Shown piece after piece: positions 63,421 through 64,000 of a DNA stretch of 64,000 nt. The position numbers and the translations under genes are program-made. Position 1 is the stretch's first letter. Every line of letters begins with the position of its first letter. The notes below the pieces were generated by a model that worked only from the letters and a program-made list of their open reading frames with translations, was not told the DNA's origin and made no database searches. The DNA lies in IMG/VR virus record IMGVR_UViG_3300045836_000189, positions 62,001 through 126,000 of that record; one strand, 5' to 3'. The DNA comes from an uncultured virus (IMG/VR IMGVR_UViG_3300045836_000189). Taxonomy: Duplodnaviria; Heunggongvirae; Uroviricota; Caudoviricetes.

Positions 63421-64000
63421 AACTTGAGTTTATTAATTTGATTGATTCTTCCAGGTCTGCTGCAGTAACCCCCTTAGGAGTTTTCTTGGTAGTAGTCATC
63501 CTGGTCAGGGCTTTGCGTACAGCACCTTTGGCAATGGCTTCCACCATAGCTCCCGATACTTTACTCTTACAGGGAAGACTAAATAACATATCAGCTCCTT
63601 TGATGGCCAGGTCTTCTACCTTGTCATGGCATTTTACCTTCTTAAGGTGGATCTCAAAGATCTCCTTGGTATCCGGGTGATCCGGACGGTTGATGCCAAT
63701 CTTCAAGTCTATCCTTCCTTCCCGGACAATAGCCTCATCCAGTGCATTAGGGAGATTAGTGGCCAGGATGAAGATGGGATTGTGCTCTTTTTCCAGTCCG
63801 TCCATTTCTGAAAGGAACGTAGGCACAATGGTCATCTCCACGTCTGATGATTTACCGCTGCCTCTCTGACGGAGCAGGGCTTCTGCTTCATCCATGAATA
63901 CAACTGCACGCTGGCCGGTCTTTTTACAGTACTGGCGGGTAGCATGGAACATGTGGGCTACTTTCTGCTCTGCCTCACCTACGAACTTACTCAGCATCTC
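63407..64000 (-). CDS. ARC/Mpa (proteasomal-type) AAA+ ATPase, C-terminal part; 5'-truncated by the window edge
   Basis: SKFVGEAE pore loop, VVFMDEAE Walker B, RGSGKSSDVEMTIVPTFLSEMDG, ATN...LDEAIVREGRID.KI.I.RPD, SGAMV. Confidence 0.8.
   Translation of the reverse strand, partial: EMLSKFVGEAEQKVAHMFHATRQYCKKTGQRAVVFMDEAEALLRQRGSGKSSDVEMTIVPTFLSEMDGLEKEHNPIFILATNLPNALDEAIVREGRIDLKIGINRPDHPDTKEIFEIHLKKVKCHDKVEDLAIKGADMLFSLPCKSKVSGAMVEAIAKGAVRKALTRMTTTKKTPKGVTAADLEESIKLINSSYAKA

Noticed and set aside
1..64000. Stop-codon reassignment, as in some crAss-like phages
   Set aside because: Long genes are intact under the standard code, genes end in TAA, TAG and TGA, and no suppressor tRNA was seen.
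1..64000. Apparent scarcity of some CG-containing palindromes (restriction avoidance)
   Set aside because: An impression only; it needs k-mer counts against a Markov background, which I cannot compute.

Overview
This window is a 64-kb segment of a large Bacteroidota-infecting dsDNA phage resembling crAss-like viruses (Crassvirales). It uses the standard genetic code, and all calls come from reading motifs by eye with no database searches. The + strand at 1-11.9 kb carries the end of the virion-injected block: a giant virion RNA polymerase (DFDIDK motif, 5'-truncated) and a 1714-aa polyvalent protein with ART, zincin-like and PD-(D/E)XK domains. The - strand at 12-29 kb is the replication and nucleotide module (PolA, primase, DnaB, Sak4-like ATPase, exonuclease, dNMP kinase, MazG-like, DUF932, DnaA-C). 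The + strand at 29-31 kb is a lysis cassette (holin candidates, u-spanin-like lipoprotein, CHAP endolysin). From 31 to 64 kb lies a mostly - strand accessory region with UNG, an SF2 helicase, phosphoesterases, macro and WGR domains, an atypical tRNA-Gln, and a tyrosine integrase next to an intact-looking attP (tRNA-Asp 3' end plus GTGAGTA arm repeats). The main candidate for a new system is a set of about 15 small proteins that join variable SH3-type heads to one shared acidic amphipathic C-terminal helix (I-E-E-I-x-x-A-L-D-x-L-x-x-K-L). Several of the heads resemble MIB/HERC2 domains of eukaryotic E3 ligases, and one is a WGR domain. These genes cluster next to four AAA+ ATPases: an ARC/Mpa proteasomal-type unfoldase, two MoxR-VWA pairs and one other. 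I infer a modular adaptor-unfoldase system for remodelling host proteins; this is untested.
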